Assembly (NCBI GenBank): GCA_017540445.1
Contig: JAFYBB010000271.1
Coordinates: forward strand, 1-48,803
DNA: 48,803 nt
Origin: Clostridia bacterium
GTDB taxonomy: Bacteria > Bacillota > Clostridia > Christensenellales > Aristaeellaceae
Direction: 5' to 3'
Made by a program: the position numbers and the translations under genes. A model generated the notes under the pieces. The model searched no databases and was not told the DNA's origin. It saw only the letters and a program-made list of their open reading frames with translations. Every line of letters starts with the position of its first letter. Position 1 is the first letter of the stretch. Of the stretch, positions 1 through 8,723 are shown in pieces.

Positions 1-1068
1 GACTGCTTCAACGCCGCGGCCCGGAGCTTCCCGGGCGCGTGCGAGGCGGCGCTGTTTGCAAACAACGTGCCCGTCAGCCTGTACGACGGCCTGATCGAGG
101 CCGTCCACGGCGCGCTGCCGACGATGCGGGAATACCTGGCGCTGCGCAAGAAGGCCCTCGGGGTGGAGGAATTGCACCTGTACGACCTGTACACCCCGAT
201 GGTGGACGAGGTCGAATTCGACATGCCCTACGAGAAGGCGCAGGCCCTGGTGCTGGAGGCCCTCGCGCCGCTGGGCGAGGAGTACGCGGGCCTGTTGAAG
301 CGCGCCTTCGCCGAGCACTGGATCGACGTGTACGAGAACAAGGGCAAGAGCACCGGCGCCTTCTCCAGCGGCGTGTACGGCGTGCATCCCTATGTGATGC
401 TGAACTACGCCAACAAGCTGGACGACGCGTTCACGCTGGCCCACGAGCTGGGCCACAGCATGCACTCCTTCTTCTCCGACCGGGCGCAGGACTACCCGAA
501 CCACGACTACCGCATATTCGTGGCGGAGGTGGCCTCCACCGTAAACGAGGTGCTGCTGACCCGCCACCTGCTGCGCGTGGAGACGGACGCGAAGCGCCGC
601 GCGTACATACTGAACCACTTCTTAGAGGGCTTCCGCACCACCGTGTTCCGCCAGACGCTGTTCGCGGAATTCGAGCGCAAGAGCCACGCGCTGTACCAAC
701 AGGGCACGCCGCTGACCGCCCAGACCCTGAACACCGTGTTCCACGACCTGAACGCGCTGTACTACGACGGCGCCGTGATCGACGATTTCATGGACGTGGA
801 GTGGGCGCGCATACCGCACTTCTACAACGCCTTCTACGTCTACCAGTACGCCACCGGCTTCTCCAGCGCCGTGGCGATTGCCGACAACATACTGAATCAC
901 GGCGGCGCTGAGCAGTACCTGAAGTTCCTGTCCACCGGCGGCAGCGATTATCCCATCGAGGAATTGAAGCTGGCGGGCGTCGACCTGACCAAGCACGACG
1001 CCCTGGAGGCGGCCATGCAGGCGTTCAGGCAGGCGCTGGAGGAATTCAGGCAGGTGCTTGGGGGCTGA
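1..1068 (+). CDS. pepF: Oligoendopeptidase F (M3B metallopeptidase), 5' end cut by window edge
   Basis: Frame 1 is open from base 1, so the track start at 67 is internal. HELGHSMH (HExxH zinc site) is present and the C-terminal region looks PepF-like. A hairpin terminator follows. Confidence 0.9.
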   Translation, partial: DCFNAAARSFPGACEAALFANNVPVSLYDGLIEAVHGALPTMREYLALRKKALGVEELHLYDLYTPMVDEVEFDMPYEKAQALVLEALAPLGEEYAGLLKRAFAEHWIDVYENKGKSTGAFSSGVYGVHPYVMLNYANKLDDAFTLAHELGHSMHSFFSDRAQDYPNHDYRIFVAEVASTVNEVLLTRHLLRVETDAKRRAYILNHFLEGFRTTVFRQTLFAEFERKSHALYQQGTPLTAQTLNTVFHDLNALYYDGAVIDDFMDVEWARIPHFYNAFYVYQYATGFSSAVAIADNILNHGGAEQYLKFLSTGGSDYPIEELKLAGVDLTKHDALEAAMQAFRQALEEFRQVLGG

Positions 1069-1081
1069 TATAACAAACCAG

Positions 1082-1115
1082 GAAACGCCTTTTGTCTACT
1101 GACAAAAGGCGTTTC
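1082..1115. terminator. Perfect 15-bp inverted repeat hairpin between pepF (+) and the tRNA genes (-), probably a bidirectional terminator
   Basis: GAAACGCCTTTTGTC-tact-GACAAAAGGCGTTTC, followed by TT on the + strand and a T-rich run on the - strand. Confidence 0.7.
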
Positions 1116-1120
1116 TTGGT

Positions 1121-1212
1121 TGGCGGAGAAGGAGGGATTTGAACCCTCGCGGCAGTTATCCCACCCTACTCCCTTAGCAGGGGAGCCCCTTCGGCCTCTT
1201 GGGTACTTCTCC
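1121..1212 (-). tRNA. tRNA-Ser (anticodon GCT), class II with long variable arm, CCA encoded
   Basis: The reverse complement reads GGAGAAGTACCCAAG...CT-GCT-AA...GGTTCAAATCCCTCCTTCTCCGCCA. Acceptor stem GGAGAAG/CTTCTCC, a T-loop GGTTCAAATCC and an anticodon loop ctGCTaa are all present. Confidence 0.9.
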
Positions 1213-1224
1213 ACGTTATGAAGT

Positions 1225-1313
1225 TGGCGGAGAGAGAGGGATTCGAACCCCCGGTGCCTTTCGGCATCACTGGTTTTCAAGACCAGCGCCTTAAACCACT
1301 CGGCCATCTCTCC
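1225..1313 (-). tRNA. tRNA-Ser (anticodon TGA), class II, CCA encoded
   Basis: The reverse complement reads GGAGAGATGGCCGAGTGG...CT-TGA-AA...GGTTCGAATCCCTCTCTCTCCGCCA. Acceptor stem GGAGAGA/TCTCTCC and a canonical T-loop are present. Confidence 0.9.
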
Positions 1314-1334
1314 TGAACCAAACCAGCGAGGATA

Positions 1335-1363
1335 ATTATAGCAGAAACTTGACGTCCTGTCAA
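1335..1363 (-). promoter_or_regulatory. Consensus sigma-A promoter for the tRNA-Ser pair
   Basis: The minus strand reads TTGACA-17 nt-TATAAT, about 20 nt upstream of the tRNA-Ser(TGA) 5' end. Confidence 0.6.
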
Positions 1364-1425
1364 CGGGTTAACGCGCATTTTTCGCTGCGTAAGCCCGAAC
1401 CTGTGCCAATTGTGCTGTAAAGAAA

Positions 1426-1459
1426 CCTGAGTGAAAAGCTTTTCGGCTTTTCACCCAGG
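1426..1459 (-). terminator. Rho-independent terminator after the secreted-protein gene
   Basis: The minus strand reads CCTGGGTGAAAAGC-cgaaaa-GCTTTTCACTCAGG followed by TTTCTTT. Confidence 0.55.
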
Positions 1460-1503
1460 CTTGATGGATTCATTCTCCGGCGGCATGTCGAAGCACTGGC
1501 AAC

Positions 1504-2145
1504 TCATTCCACCGCGATCCAATACTCCTGCCATGGGCCATCATTGTAGCTCAGTCCAAAGGACAGGCGATACCCCTTCTTGACCTTGATGGACTTCTTG
1601 GGGTCCAGGTGCTTGTAGTCGCTACCGTTACTGCCGTTGTAGCTGGAGACGGTGCGCAGCTTCCAGCCTTTTTTCAGCTTGTACGTGATCCTGCCCTTCA
1701 ATGTCTTGTATGTATGGGCCATGTCCGTCTTCTTGAAAAGCGAGGCGCAGGACTTCGTGCCGATCTTCAGGCTCTTGAAGGGGTTGACATACTTCAGGAC
1801 AGTCACGGCGACCTTGGCCTTGATGGTCTTGCCGTTGTGCTTGAGATTGAAGGTAACGGTGGTTTTCCCGGGGCTCTTCGGCTCTATGGCGACATACGCG
1901 GTGCCTTCATATTCAAACTTGGAAAGGGTGGCTACCTTTGGGTTGCTGCTCTTCAGCTTCGTGATTGCCGACACATCCTTGACGCCTTCAAGGTTGATGT
2001 TCCTTGATCCAATACTCTCTGACATCTGGAAGGTGATTTCCGAGGGAATGTACGGGTCCTCGGCCAGGGCCGGAATCTGCGTTCCGACGAGCAGGCATAC
2101 AAGCAGCAAAACGGACAGCATTCTGAAAACGGACTTGGTATTCAT
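1504..2145 (-). CDS. Secreted Lys-rich protein with a Big_2-like (bacterial Ig-like) segment, function unknown
   Basis: The start was moved to MNTKSVF, which has GGAGGG 7 nt upstream. The signal peptide reads LLLVCLLVGTQIPALA/EDP. The stretch SSNPKVATL...GKTTVTFNL resembles a Big_2 fold. The gene is visibly AT-richer than its neighbours. Confidence 0.6.
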   Translation of the reverse strand: MNTKSVFRMLSVLLLVCLLVGTQIPALAEDPYIPSEITFQMSESIGSRNINLEGVKDVSAITKLKSSNPKVATLSKFEYEGTAYVAIEPKSPGKTTVTFNLKHNGKTIKAKVAVTVLKYVNPFKSLKIGTKSCASLFKKTDMAHTYKTLKGRITYKLKKGWKLRTVSSYNGSNGSDYKHLDPKKSIKVKKGYRLSFGLSYNDGPWQEYWIAVE

Positions 2146-2229
2146 CGTTCTTCCCTCCATGCTATAAAACGTCAAAGCATAATGAGCGGGGCAGAATCGG
2201 TTTCCCGGCTCTGCCCCAGTGTGCGTGTC

Positions 2230-2775
2230 TTACTTCCCGAAATACCGCTTCAGCAGCCCCGCGAAGGCCTTGCCGTGCCGGGCTTCGTCCCTCGCCATCT
2301 CGTGGACGGTGTCGTGGATGGCGTCCAGGTTCAGGGCCTTGGCGCGCTTGGCCAGGTCGGTCTTGCCGGCGGTGGCGCCGTTCTCGGCCTCGACGCGCAT
2401 CTTCAGGTTCTTCTCGGTGCTGTCGGTCAGCACCTCGCCCAAGAGCTCCGCGAACTTGGCGGCGTGCTCGGCTTCCTCAAACGCGGCGGTCTTCCAGTAT
2501 TCGCCGATCTCGGGGTAGCCCTCGCGATAGGCGACGCGGCTCATGGCCAGGTACATGCCCACCTCGCTGCACTCGCCGTTGAAGTTGGCGCGCAGGTCGG
2601 CGATGATGTCTTCGGGCGCGCCCTGCGCCACGCCGACGACGTGCTCGGAGGCCCAGGTCATCTCCTCGGACTGCTCGATGAACTTGGAGGCGGGAGCCTT
2701 GCAGACGGGGCAGAACTCGGGGGCGGCGTCACCTTCGTACACATAGCCACAGACGGAACAGACAAATTTCTTCAT
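2230..2775 (-). CDS. rbr: Reverse rubrerythrin (N-terminal rubredoxin-like CxxC...CxxC plus C-terminal ferritin-like di-iron domain)
   Basis: The N-terminus reads [28 protein letters not shown]. It is followed by ExxH-containing helices ([18 protein letters not shown]). RBS is AAGGAGG. Confidence 0.9.
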   Translation of the reverse strand: MKKFVCSVCGYVYEGDAAPEFCPVCKAPASKFIEQSEEMTWASEHVVGVAQGAPEDIIADLRANFNGECSEVGMYLAMSRVAYREGYPEIGEYWKTAAFEEAEHAAKFAELLGEVLTDSTEKNLKMRVEAENGATAGKTDLAKRAKALNLDAIHDTVHEMARDEARHGKAFAGLLKRYFGK

Positions 2776-2826
2776 GGGGATACCTCCTTAATATGATTCG
2801 TAGGGTGGTGCCTTTCAGCTGAGACC

Positions 2827-2855
2827 ATTATACAACAAAGAATGGGTTTTGTGAA
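2827..2855 (-). promoter_or_regulatory. Candidate sigma-A promoter for rbr
   Basis: The minus strand reads TTCACA-17 nt-TATAAT, just downstream of the recO stop. Confidence 0.45.
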
Positions 2856-2858
2856 CCA

Positions 2859-3608
2859 CTAATTTTGCGCATTGGCGTCTGGATCGGGGGAGTAGAGCGC
2901 CGGCGCGTACTTGTCCATGTACATGCGCATATTCACGTAGCTTCGGCACAGGCGGGCGGCCTCGGGCCACTGGGGGCGGTCCGCCAGCAGCTGGAACTTG
3001 TCGAAGGGCGTGCGGGGCAGCTTCATCAGTATGCGGCGCGCGCCGTTGGACATGACGGGTCCGTCGCAGGGGCAGTTCATGCACACCGCGCCGCCCAGCT
3101 CCGGGTCGAAGCGGGCGTCGCCGTCGATGGGCCTGCCGCAGCGCACGCAGGCGTCCATGCGGGGTGACAGGCCGTTGAGGCGCATGAAGTGCATCTCAAA
3201 GGCGAACGTGACCAGCTCCGGCATCAGCTCGCCGTAGTTCAGGTGGGCCAGCGCCCGAAGCGTCACGATGAAAAGCTCCGGCGCGGGGGAATCCGGAAGG
3301 ATCGACGTGTCCAGCAGCCGAAGCCAGTAGACGCCGTGGCACAGCCGGTCGTAGTCGGCGCGCAGCTCGTAGTAGCTGTCCGAGATCTGGCAGTGCTCTA
3401 TGGAGAAGCGGTCCTTGTGGGCGTAGAGCTGGTATTCGCCGCTGGTGAAGGGCTCCACCGCGTTGACGAGCGGCGATTTCGGCCTGCGGCAGCCCCGGGC
3501 GATGGCGTCGACGCGGCCCATATCCGGGGAGAACAGCGTGACCATGCGGTCGTAGTCGCCGTAGTCCGAGCGGCGCAGCACCAGCGCGGGCGTGGTCAGG
3601 GAGGCCAT
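2859..3608 (-). CDS. recO: DNA repair protein RecO
   Basis: 249 aa. It has an N-terminal OB-like region (PALVLRRSDYGDYDRMVTLF) and a C-terminal Cys cluster (CVRCG...CMNCPC). It lies immediately after era, as in Bacillus. Confidence 0.9.
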   Translation of the reverse strand: MASLTTPALVLRRSDYGDYDRMVTLFSPDMGRVDAIARGCRRPKSPLVNAVEPFTSGEYQLYAHKDRFSIEHCQISDSYYELRADYDRLCHGVYWLRLLDTSILPDSPAPELFIVTLRALAHLNYGELMPELVTFAFEMHFMRLNGLSPRMDACVRCGRPIDGDARFDPELGGAVCMNCPCDGPVMSNGARRILMKLPRTPFDKFQLLADRPQWPEAARLCRSYVNMRMYMDKYAPALYSPDPDANAQN

Positions 3609-3609
3609 G

Positions 3610-4500
3610 TCACTCCTCGTAGCCCAGCGAGCGCAGGTCGCTGGCCCGGTTGCGCCAGTCCTCGCGCACCTTGACCCACAGCTTCAGCATCACCTTGGTG
3701 CCCAGCAGGCGCTCGATGTCGACGCGGGCCTCGCTGCCGATCTTCTGCAGCATCGCGCCCTGCTTGCCGATGATGATGGACTTGTGGCTGGCGCGCTCGC
3801 AGTAGATATCGGCGTGGATCTCCGTCAGCGTGTCGGAGACCTTCTTGATCTGCATCATCTCCACGCCGATGCCGTGGGGCACCTCGTCCCGAAGGTTCCG
3901 AAGCGCCTTCTCGCGGATGATCTCCGCGCACATCACGCGCTCCGGCTGGTCGGTGATCATGTCGTCCGGGAAGTACTTCGGCCCCTCGGGCATGGCCTCG
4001 ACCAGCAGCTTGAGCAGCAGGTCCACGTTCTCGCCGGTGCGGGCGGAGGTGGAAACGATCTGATCGAAGCCGCAGTCGTGCAGCTGCGCCAGCTGCGGAA
4101 ACAGCTTCTCCTCCGGCACGATGTCGATCTTATTGACGGCCAGGAACTTCGGGCAGTTCATGCGGCTGATGTCCTGCATGACGGCCATGTCGCCCGCGCC
4201 GATGTGCTGCCCGTCCACCACGCACAGCACCGCGTCCACGCCCTCGCGGGCGTCGTTTGCGCTCTTCATCATGAACTCGCCCAGCTTGGTGCGGGGCTTG
4301 TGCAGGCCGGGGGTGTCCACGAACACGATCTGCCAGTCCTTGTCGGTGGCGACGCCCAGCAGCTTGTTGCGGGTGGTCTGGGGGTGGTTGGAGATGATGG
4401 CGACCTTCTCGCCGACAAAGCGGTTCATCAGGCTGGACTTGCCCACGTTGGGGCGGCCCAGTATGGCGACAAAGCCGGAGCGGAATTTGCTGTCAGACAA
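3610..4500 (-). CDS. era: GTPase Era
   Basis: G1 motif GRPNVGKSS, plus DTPG and NKID motifs and a C-terminal KH domain. There is no in-frame ATG after the upstream stop. A TTG start lies 7 nt after GGAGGA. Confidence 0.95.
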   Translation of the reverse strand: MSDSKFRSGFVAILGRPNVGKSSLMNRFVGEKVAIISNHPQTTRNKLLGVATDKDWQIVFVDTPGLHKPRTKLGEFMMKSANDAREGVDAVLCVVDGQHIGAGDMAVMQDISRMNCPKFLAVNKIDIVPEEKLFPQLAQLHDCGFDQIVSTSARTGENVDLLLKLLVEAMPEGPKYFPDDMITDQPERVMCAEIIREKALRNLRDEVPHGIGVEMMQIKKVSDTLTEIHADIYCERASHKSIIIGKQGAMLQKIGSEARVDIERLLGTKVMLKLWVKVREDWRNRASDLRSLGYEE

Positions 4501-4530
4501 TGGCTTATCCTCCGTATGATTTGGTATGGC

Positions 4531-5445
4531 TTATGAATTGACGTCGACGCCCAGGTCCTGCGGGGTCAACCCCTCGGGCAAAAGCTCGCCGAGCGTCTTT
4601 ACGGTATATCCCTTGCCGTACTGGCCAACGATGACCGGCATGTCGGCGTCCGAGAACTCCCGCAGCACCTGCCGGCAGATGCCGCAGGGCCAGGCCACGG
4701 CAGTGGAGCCCACCACCGCGATGGCGGTGAAGCGCCGCGCGCCGGCGACGATGGCGCAGGACGCGGCGCAGCGCTCCGCGCAGATCGTCGCGCCGTAGGA
4801 GGCGTTTTCAAAGTTGCAGCCCTTGAAGGTCCGCCCGTCGGCGGTCAGTATGCACGCGCCGACCTTGAAGTGGGAGTAGGGGCTGTAGCTGTTCTGCATG
4901 GCCTCGCAGGCCAGCTCAAACAGCCGGTCGTGGGAGGGGACCCCGGCCTCCCGGGCGATGCCGACGGATTCAAGGGCGCGCTCTTCCATGTTGCGCATGT
5001 TCGCTTTGTCCTCCTCGTTCATGTGGTCGTAGCCCATCAGGTGAAAGGCGGAATGGGCGGTCAGATAGGCCAGCTCCCGCGTCAGGGAGTGCCCGTACTC
5101 CTCGGCCTGCCGCCGCGCCTGCTTCAGGTTGATCACGCAGTCGCCCAGGTTGGCGCAGCCCATGCCCGGGTCGTACTCCCGCATCAACCGCTTCGGGCAG
5201 CTTCGGGCCGTCCTGCCGGCGGGATACGACACGGTGGGGAAGGACAGCACGTCGGTGGGCCGGTCAATGCCCCGCATGTCCCGGTTGAGCGAGCGAATTT
5301 CGTCTTCATCCACGATGCGCACGCAGAACCCCGCGCCGCGAACGCCCTCCGCTTCAAAGCAGGCGAGGGCCACGCGCTCCAGCATCGGCTGCAGGTCGGT
5401 CAGATCGCCGGGGACGGGGCAGGCCCACTGCAGGTCAATCGTCAT
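4531..5445 (-). CDS. Fused endoribonuclease YbeY / cytidine deaminase (single ORF)
   Basis: The YbeY metal motif HSAFHLMGYDH is followed in the same frame by Cdd motifs (SPYSHFKVGA, CAERCA, PCGICRQ). The start was placed at MTIDLQW (ATG 5445), overlapping the pgpH stop by 11 nt. The 31 upstream codons of the track ORF are probably not translated. Confidence 0.85.
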   Translation of the reverse strand: MTIDLQWACPVPGDLTDLQPMLERVALACFEAEGVRGAGFCVRIVDEDEIRSLNRDMRGIDRPTDVLSFPTVSYPAGRTARSCPKRLMREYDPGMGCANLGDCVINLKQARRQAEEYGHSLTRELAYLTAHSAFHLMGYDHMNEEDKANMRNMEERALESVGIAREAGVPSHDRLFELACEAMQNSYSPYSHFKVGACILTADGRTFKGCNFENASYGATICAERCAASCAIVAGARRFTAIAVVGSTAVAWPCGICRQVLREFSDADMPVIVGQYGKGYTVKTLGELLPEGLTPQDLGVDVNS

Positions 5446-7696
5446 CGGCGTCGGCCTCCTCGGATGCGGGCAGGTCCTCGGGAATCCAGGCCTCCGCCTG
5501 CGCCTCATCGGCTTCGGGTTCATCCTCCATGAGCTCAAACTCGTCCGACTCGTCCCGCGGCTGGGAATCGGGCCCCACGTCCGCCGCGGGCGCGGCGCTC
5601 GCGGCGGTCTCCTCCCGGGGCGGTATGGCCACGTCGGGGTATTCGATGCGCTCGTGGAACACGCCGGTCAGCACCGTGGAGAAGGCGCTGCAGATCTTTT
5701 CAAGGTCGCTGAAGGTCAGGTCGGACTCGTCCAGCTGCCCGTCGTTCAGCTTGTTGCGCACCAGCTTGTGGATCAGCGCGTCGATCTTCTCGGGAGAGGG
5801 GTCCGGCACGCTGCGGGCCGCGGCTTCGATGGTGTCCGCCAGCATGACGCAGGCCGCCTCCTTGGTGCGGGGGCGGGGGCCCTCATACCGAAAAGCGTTG
5901 ATGTCCACGTTCTCGGCGCCGTACAGCTTGACGGCCTTGTCGTAGAAGAACAGCGCGACACTGTCGCCGTGGTGCTGGCGGATGATGTTCAGCACCGGCT
6001 CGGGGATGCGGGCCTTCTGGGCCATGGCCGCGCCGTCGCGGGGATGGGCGGTCAGTATGGCCACGGACACGCGCGGGTCGGTGCGGTCGTGCGGGTTGTC
6101 GCCCAACTGGTTTTCCTTGAAGTAGACGGGGCGCTTCAGCTTGCCGACATCGTGATAGTAGGCGCCGACGCGGGCCAGCAGCGCGTTGCCGCCCACCGCG
6201 GCAGCCGCCGCCTCGGCCAGGTTCGCCACGATGATGGAGTGGTGGTAGGTGCCGGGCGCCTCGATCAGCAGCCTGCGCAGCAGCGGCTGGTTGGGATTGG
6301 AAAGCTCGATCAGCTTGGTGTTGGTCGCCAAGTTGAACAGCGACTCCAGCAGCGGCTGCAGACCGATGCACAGTATCGCGCTGATAATGCCGTTGCTCAT
6401 CGCCCACAGGGCGTTGGTGGTGACGCTTGCGAGGTCAGCACTGTTGATCAGGCCGACGGCGAACGTGCAGACGAAGTTGGAAAGGCCCACCAGCACGCCG
6501 GCCAGGAGCGTTGTGATGCGCTGGGTCCGCCGGGAGAACACCGCTAAAATGATCGGGCCGGACACCATGCTCATCAGCAGCACCGAGAACATGGTCACCG
6601 AGAACAGGCCGGAGCTGGTGTCCGACAGCAGCGAGGCGATGAAGCCGATGGCGATGTTGAAATACAGCGCCGCGCGCTGGTCGAACAGTATCGCCACCAG
6701 CATCAGCCCCAGCGACAGGGGCATCATGTAGGCGCTCCAGCGGCTCAGGCCGAAGCACAGGCCTGTGACCGTCAGCGCGATCAGCGACAGCAGCGTCAGG
6801 TTCGCGGGGGTCATGCGGCTCTTCAGGTAGCGGTTCAGATACAGCGCCATGCAGCCCATGAGCAGCGCCAGCACCAGCGCGATGCCCGCCAGCAGCGGCA
6901 GGTCGATGGAATCCTCCTTCAACAGGCCCAGCGACGAGAGCATCGTGTACTGGGCCATCGTGACGATCTCGCCGCGGCGCACGATGACCTCGCCCTTGAC
7001 GCAGGTGACCGTCTCCACGCCGTCGCGGGCCTTCTGCCGGTTGGCCTCGGTGATCTCCTCGTCGATCAGCATGTTGGGGCGTATGCAATTTCGGATGACG
7101 TCGGTGATCAGCGAGACCAGCGCCGTGGGATTGCCCGACGCGGCCAGCGTGCGGGAGAGGCGGTTGACCGCCGAGACCTCCTGGCCCTCCAGCAGCGACG
7201 AGTTCAGCGTGTCTCGGACGCTGATGATGGCGCTGTTGAACAGCTGCTTCAGGCTCTCCTCGTCGGTGGAGAGCAGCACCGCGTACTGATCGGCGCTCAG
7301 CGTGATGGGCAGCGCGTCGTTGATGGCCTTCAGCTCCTCCGCGGTGATGTCCTCCGGGCTGGGCGGGTCGTTCTCCCGCAGGGCCAGCAGCTGGCCGAAC
7401 AGCGCGTCCATGCTGGCGGAGACGCTGCCCACCACGGTGGGATCGACGTTCTTGTAGCTGGGCTCCACGGCCGCCGCCGCGGCGTTTTTGAGCTCGTCGG
7501 TGGTGACGGTGTCGATCACGTCCTTGGTGGCCAGTATGTCCAGCGGCGCGGGCGCGCCGATCTGTATGTCGTGCTGCTCCGGGGAGATGCCCAGCACCAG
7601 TATGAAGCCCAGCAGAAGATAGGTCGCCGAGAGTATCAGCACCTTCTTCAATACCGGGGCGATCTTCTTGCCACCCGCCTTGTTGTTGTTGATCAT
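5435..7696 (-). CDS. pgpH: 7TM-receptor / HD-domain phosphohydrolase (PgpH/YqfF family, c-di-AMP phosphodiesterase-like)
   Basis: It has an N-terminal extracytoplasmic region, a multi-TM block, an HD domain (HHSIIVANL...YYHDVGK) and an acidic C-terminal tail. Its position between phoH and ybeY matches B. subtilis yqfF. Confidence 0.85.
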   Translation of the reverse strand: MINNNKAGGKKIAPVLKKVLILSATYLLLGFILVLGISPEQHDIQIGAPAPLDILATKDVIDTVTTDELKNAAAAAVEPSYKNVDPTVVGSVSASMDALFGQLLALRENDPPSPEDITAEELKAINDALPITLSADQYAVLLSTDEESLKQLFNSAIISVRDTLNSSLLEGQEVSAVNRLSRTLAASGNPTALVSLITDVIRNCIRPNMLIDEEITEANRQKARDGVETVTCVKGEVIVRRGEIVTMAQYTMLSSLGLLKEDSIDLPLLAGIALVLALLMGCMALYLNRYLKSRMTPANLTLLSLIALTVTGLCFGLSRWSAYMMPLSLGLMLVAILFDQRAALYFNIAIGFIASLLSDTSSGLFSVTMFSVLLMSMVSGPIILAVFSRRTQRITTLLAGVLVGLSNFVCTFAVGLINSADLASVTTNALWAMSNGIISAILCIGLQPLLESLFNLATNTKLIELSNPNQPLLRRLLIEAPGTYHHSIIVANLAEAAAAAVGGNALLARVGAYYHDVGKLKRPVYFKENQLGDNPHDRTDPRVSVAILTAHPRDGAAMAQKARIPEPVLNIIRQHHGDSVALFFYDKAVKLYGAENVDINAFRYEGPRPRTKEAACVMLADTIEAAARSVPDPSPEKIDALIHKLVRNKLNDGQLDESDLTFSDLEKICSAFSTVLTGVFHERIEYPDVAIPPREETAASAAPAADVGPDSQPRDESDEFELMEDEPEADEAQAEAWIPEDLPASEEADADDD

Positions 7697-7708
7697 GGCA
7701 GCCTCCTG

Positions 7709-8719
7709 CTACGGACGGAAGACGCGCCTCTGCCGTTCATTGCGTTCGCTCTTTTGAGCATGCTTTTCATAGGCTTTGACGATGGCCTGGACCAGCTCGT
7801 GGCGCACCACGTCGCGATGGGTCAGCTGAACGATGCCGATGTCCGGCACATCCTTCAGCACCTCCAGCGCCTCCACCAGCCCCGAGCGCTTGCCCGTGGG
7901 CAGGTCGATCTGCGTCACGTCGCCGGTGATGACCATCTTCGAGCCCATGCCCATGCGGGTCAGGAACATCTTCATCTGCTCGGAGGTGGTGTTCTGGGCC
8001 TCGTCCAGTATGATGAAGGCGTCGTTCAGCGTGCGGCCGCGCATGTAGGCCAGCGGGGCCACCTCCACCGCGCCGCGCTCCAGCAGCCGCTGATAGGCGT
8101 CCAACCCCAGCATCTCGTGCAGCGCGTCGTACAGGGGCCTCAGGTAGGGGTCCACCTTCTGGGCCAGGTCGCCCGGCAAAAAGCCCAGCTTCTCGCCGGC
8201 CTCCACGGCGGGGCGGGTCAGTATGATGCGCTCGATCTCCTTGTTCTTCAGCGCCACCACCGCCATGGCGATGGCGAGATAGGTCTTGCCGGTGCCGGCG
8301 GGGCCCACCGCGAAGGTGGCGGTGTTGCCCTTGATGGCCTCGACGTACTGCTTCTGGCCCAGCGTCTTGCACTTGACCTGGCGGCCCCGGTAGGTGATGG
8401 CGATGACGTCGCGCATGATCTCGGCGATGCGGTCCGCCTTGCCCTCCTCGGCAAGGCCGATGGCGTAGCGGATGCGCGTGCGGTCCACCGGCTCGCCCCG
8501 CAGCGCGATCTCGCTGAGCTTTTCAAGCGTCAGCCGGGCCAGCGCCACCTTGTCGGGGTCGCCGCTGATCGTCACGTCGCCGCCGTGGGCGAATATGTCC
8601 ACGCCCAATTCCTCGCGGAAGAGGGGAATGTTCTCCTCCCGTATGCCAAACATGCCGATGAACTGCTCCGGCGACTCCACGCGCATGTGCTCGGTATAAC
8701 CCTGTTCCCTGTTTTCCAA
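7709..8719 (-). CDS. phoH: PhoH-family ATPase
   Basis: Walker A GPAGTGKTYLA, plus ILDEAQN and ITGD motifs. A TTG start lies 8 nt after GGAGG. An alternative ATG is 11 codons in. Confidence 0.9.
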   Translation of the reverse strand: MENREQGYTEHMRVESPEQFIGMFGIREENIPLFREELGVDIFAHGGDVTISGDPDKVALARLTLEKLSEIALRGEPVDRTRIRYAIGLAEEGKADRIAEIMRDVIAITYRGRQVKCKTLGQKQYVEAIKGNTATFAVGPAGTGKTYLAIAMAVVALKNKEIERIILTRPAVEAGEKLGFLPGDLAQKVDPYLRPLYDALHEMLGLDAYQRLLERGAVEVAPLAYMRGRTLNDAFIILDEAQNTTSEQMKMFLTRMGMGSKMVITGDVTQIDLPTGKRSGLVEALEVLKDVPDIGIVQLTHRDVVRHELVQAIVKAYEKHAQKSERNERQRRVFRP

Positions 8720-8723
8720 GTCG

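Noticed and set aside
39-911. 290-aa plus-strand ORF in another frame of pepF, and similar alternative-frame or antisense ORFs elsewhere (3592-4536, 5129-6547, 7571-8779, 8871-9935, 11530-12540, 16884-18119, 18384-19286, 19491-20612)
   Set aside because: All overlap genes with clear family motifs, and all have Arg/Gly/Ala/Pro-rich translations with no RBS or domain signature.
1121-2229. Integrated mobile element or prophage remnant at the tRNA-Ser genes
   Set aside because: No integrase, recombinase or duplicated tRNA 3' end is visible. Only compositional deviation of a single gene remains, and that is reported as a low-interest finding.
5446-5538. 31-codon N-terminal extension of the ybeY/cdd ORF
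   Set aside because: It overlaps the acidic C-terminus of pgpH and its product is Arg/Pro-rich. The YbeY homology begins at MTIDLQW.
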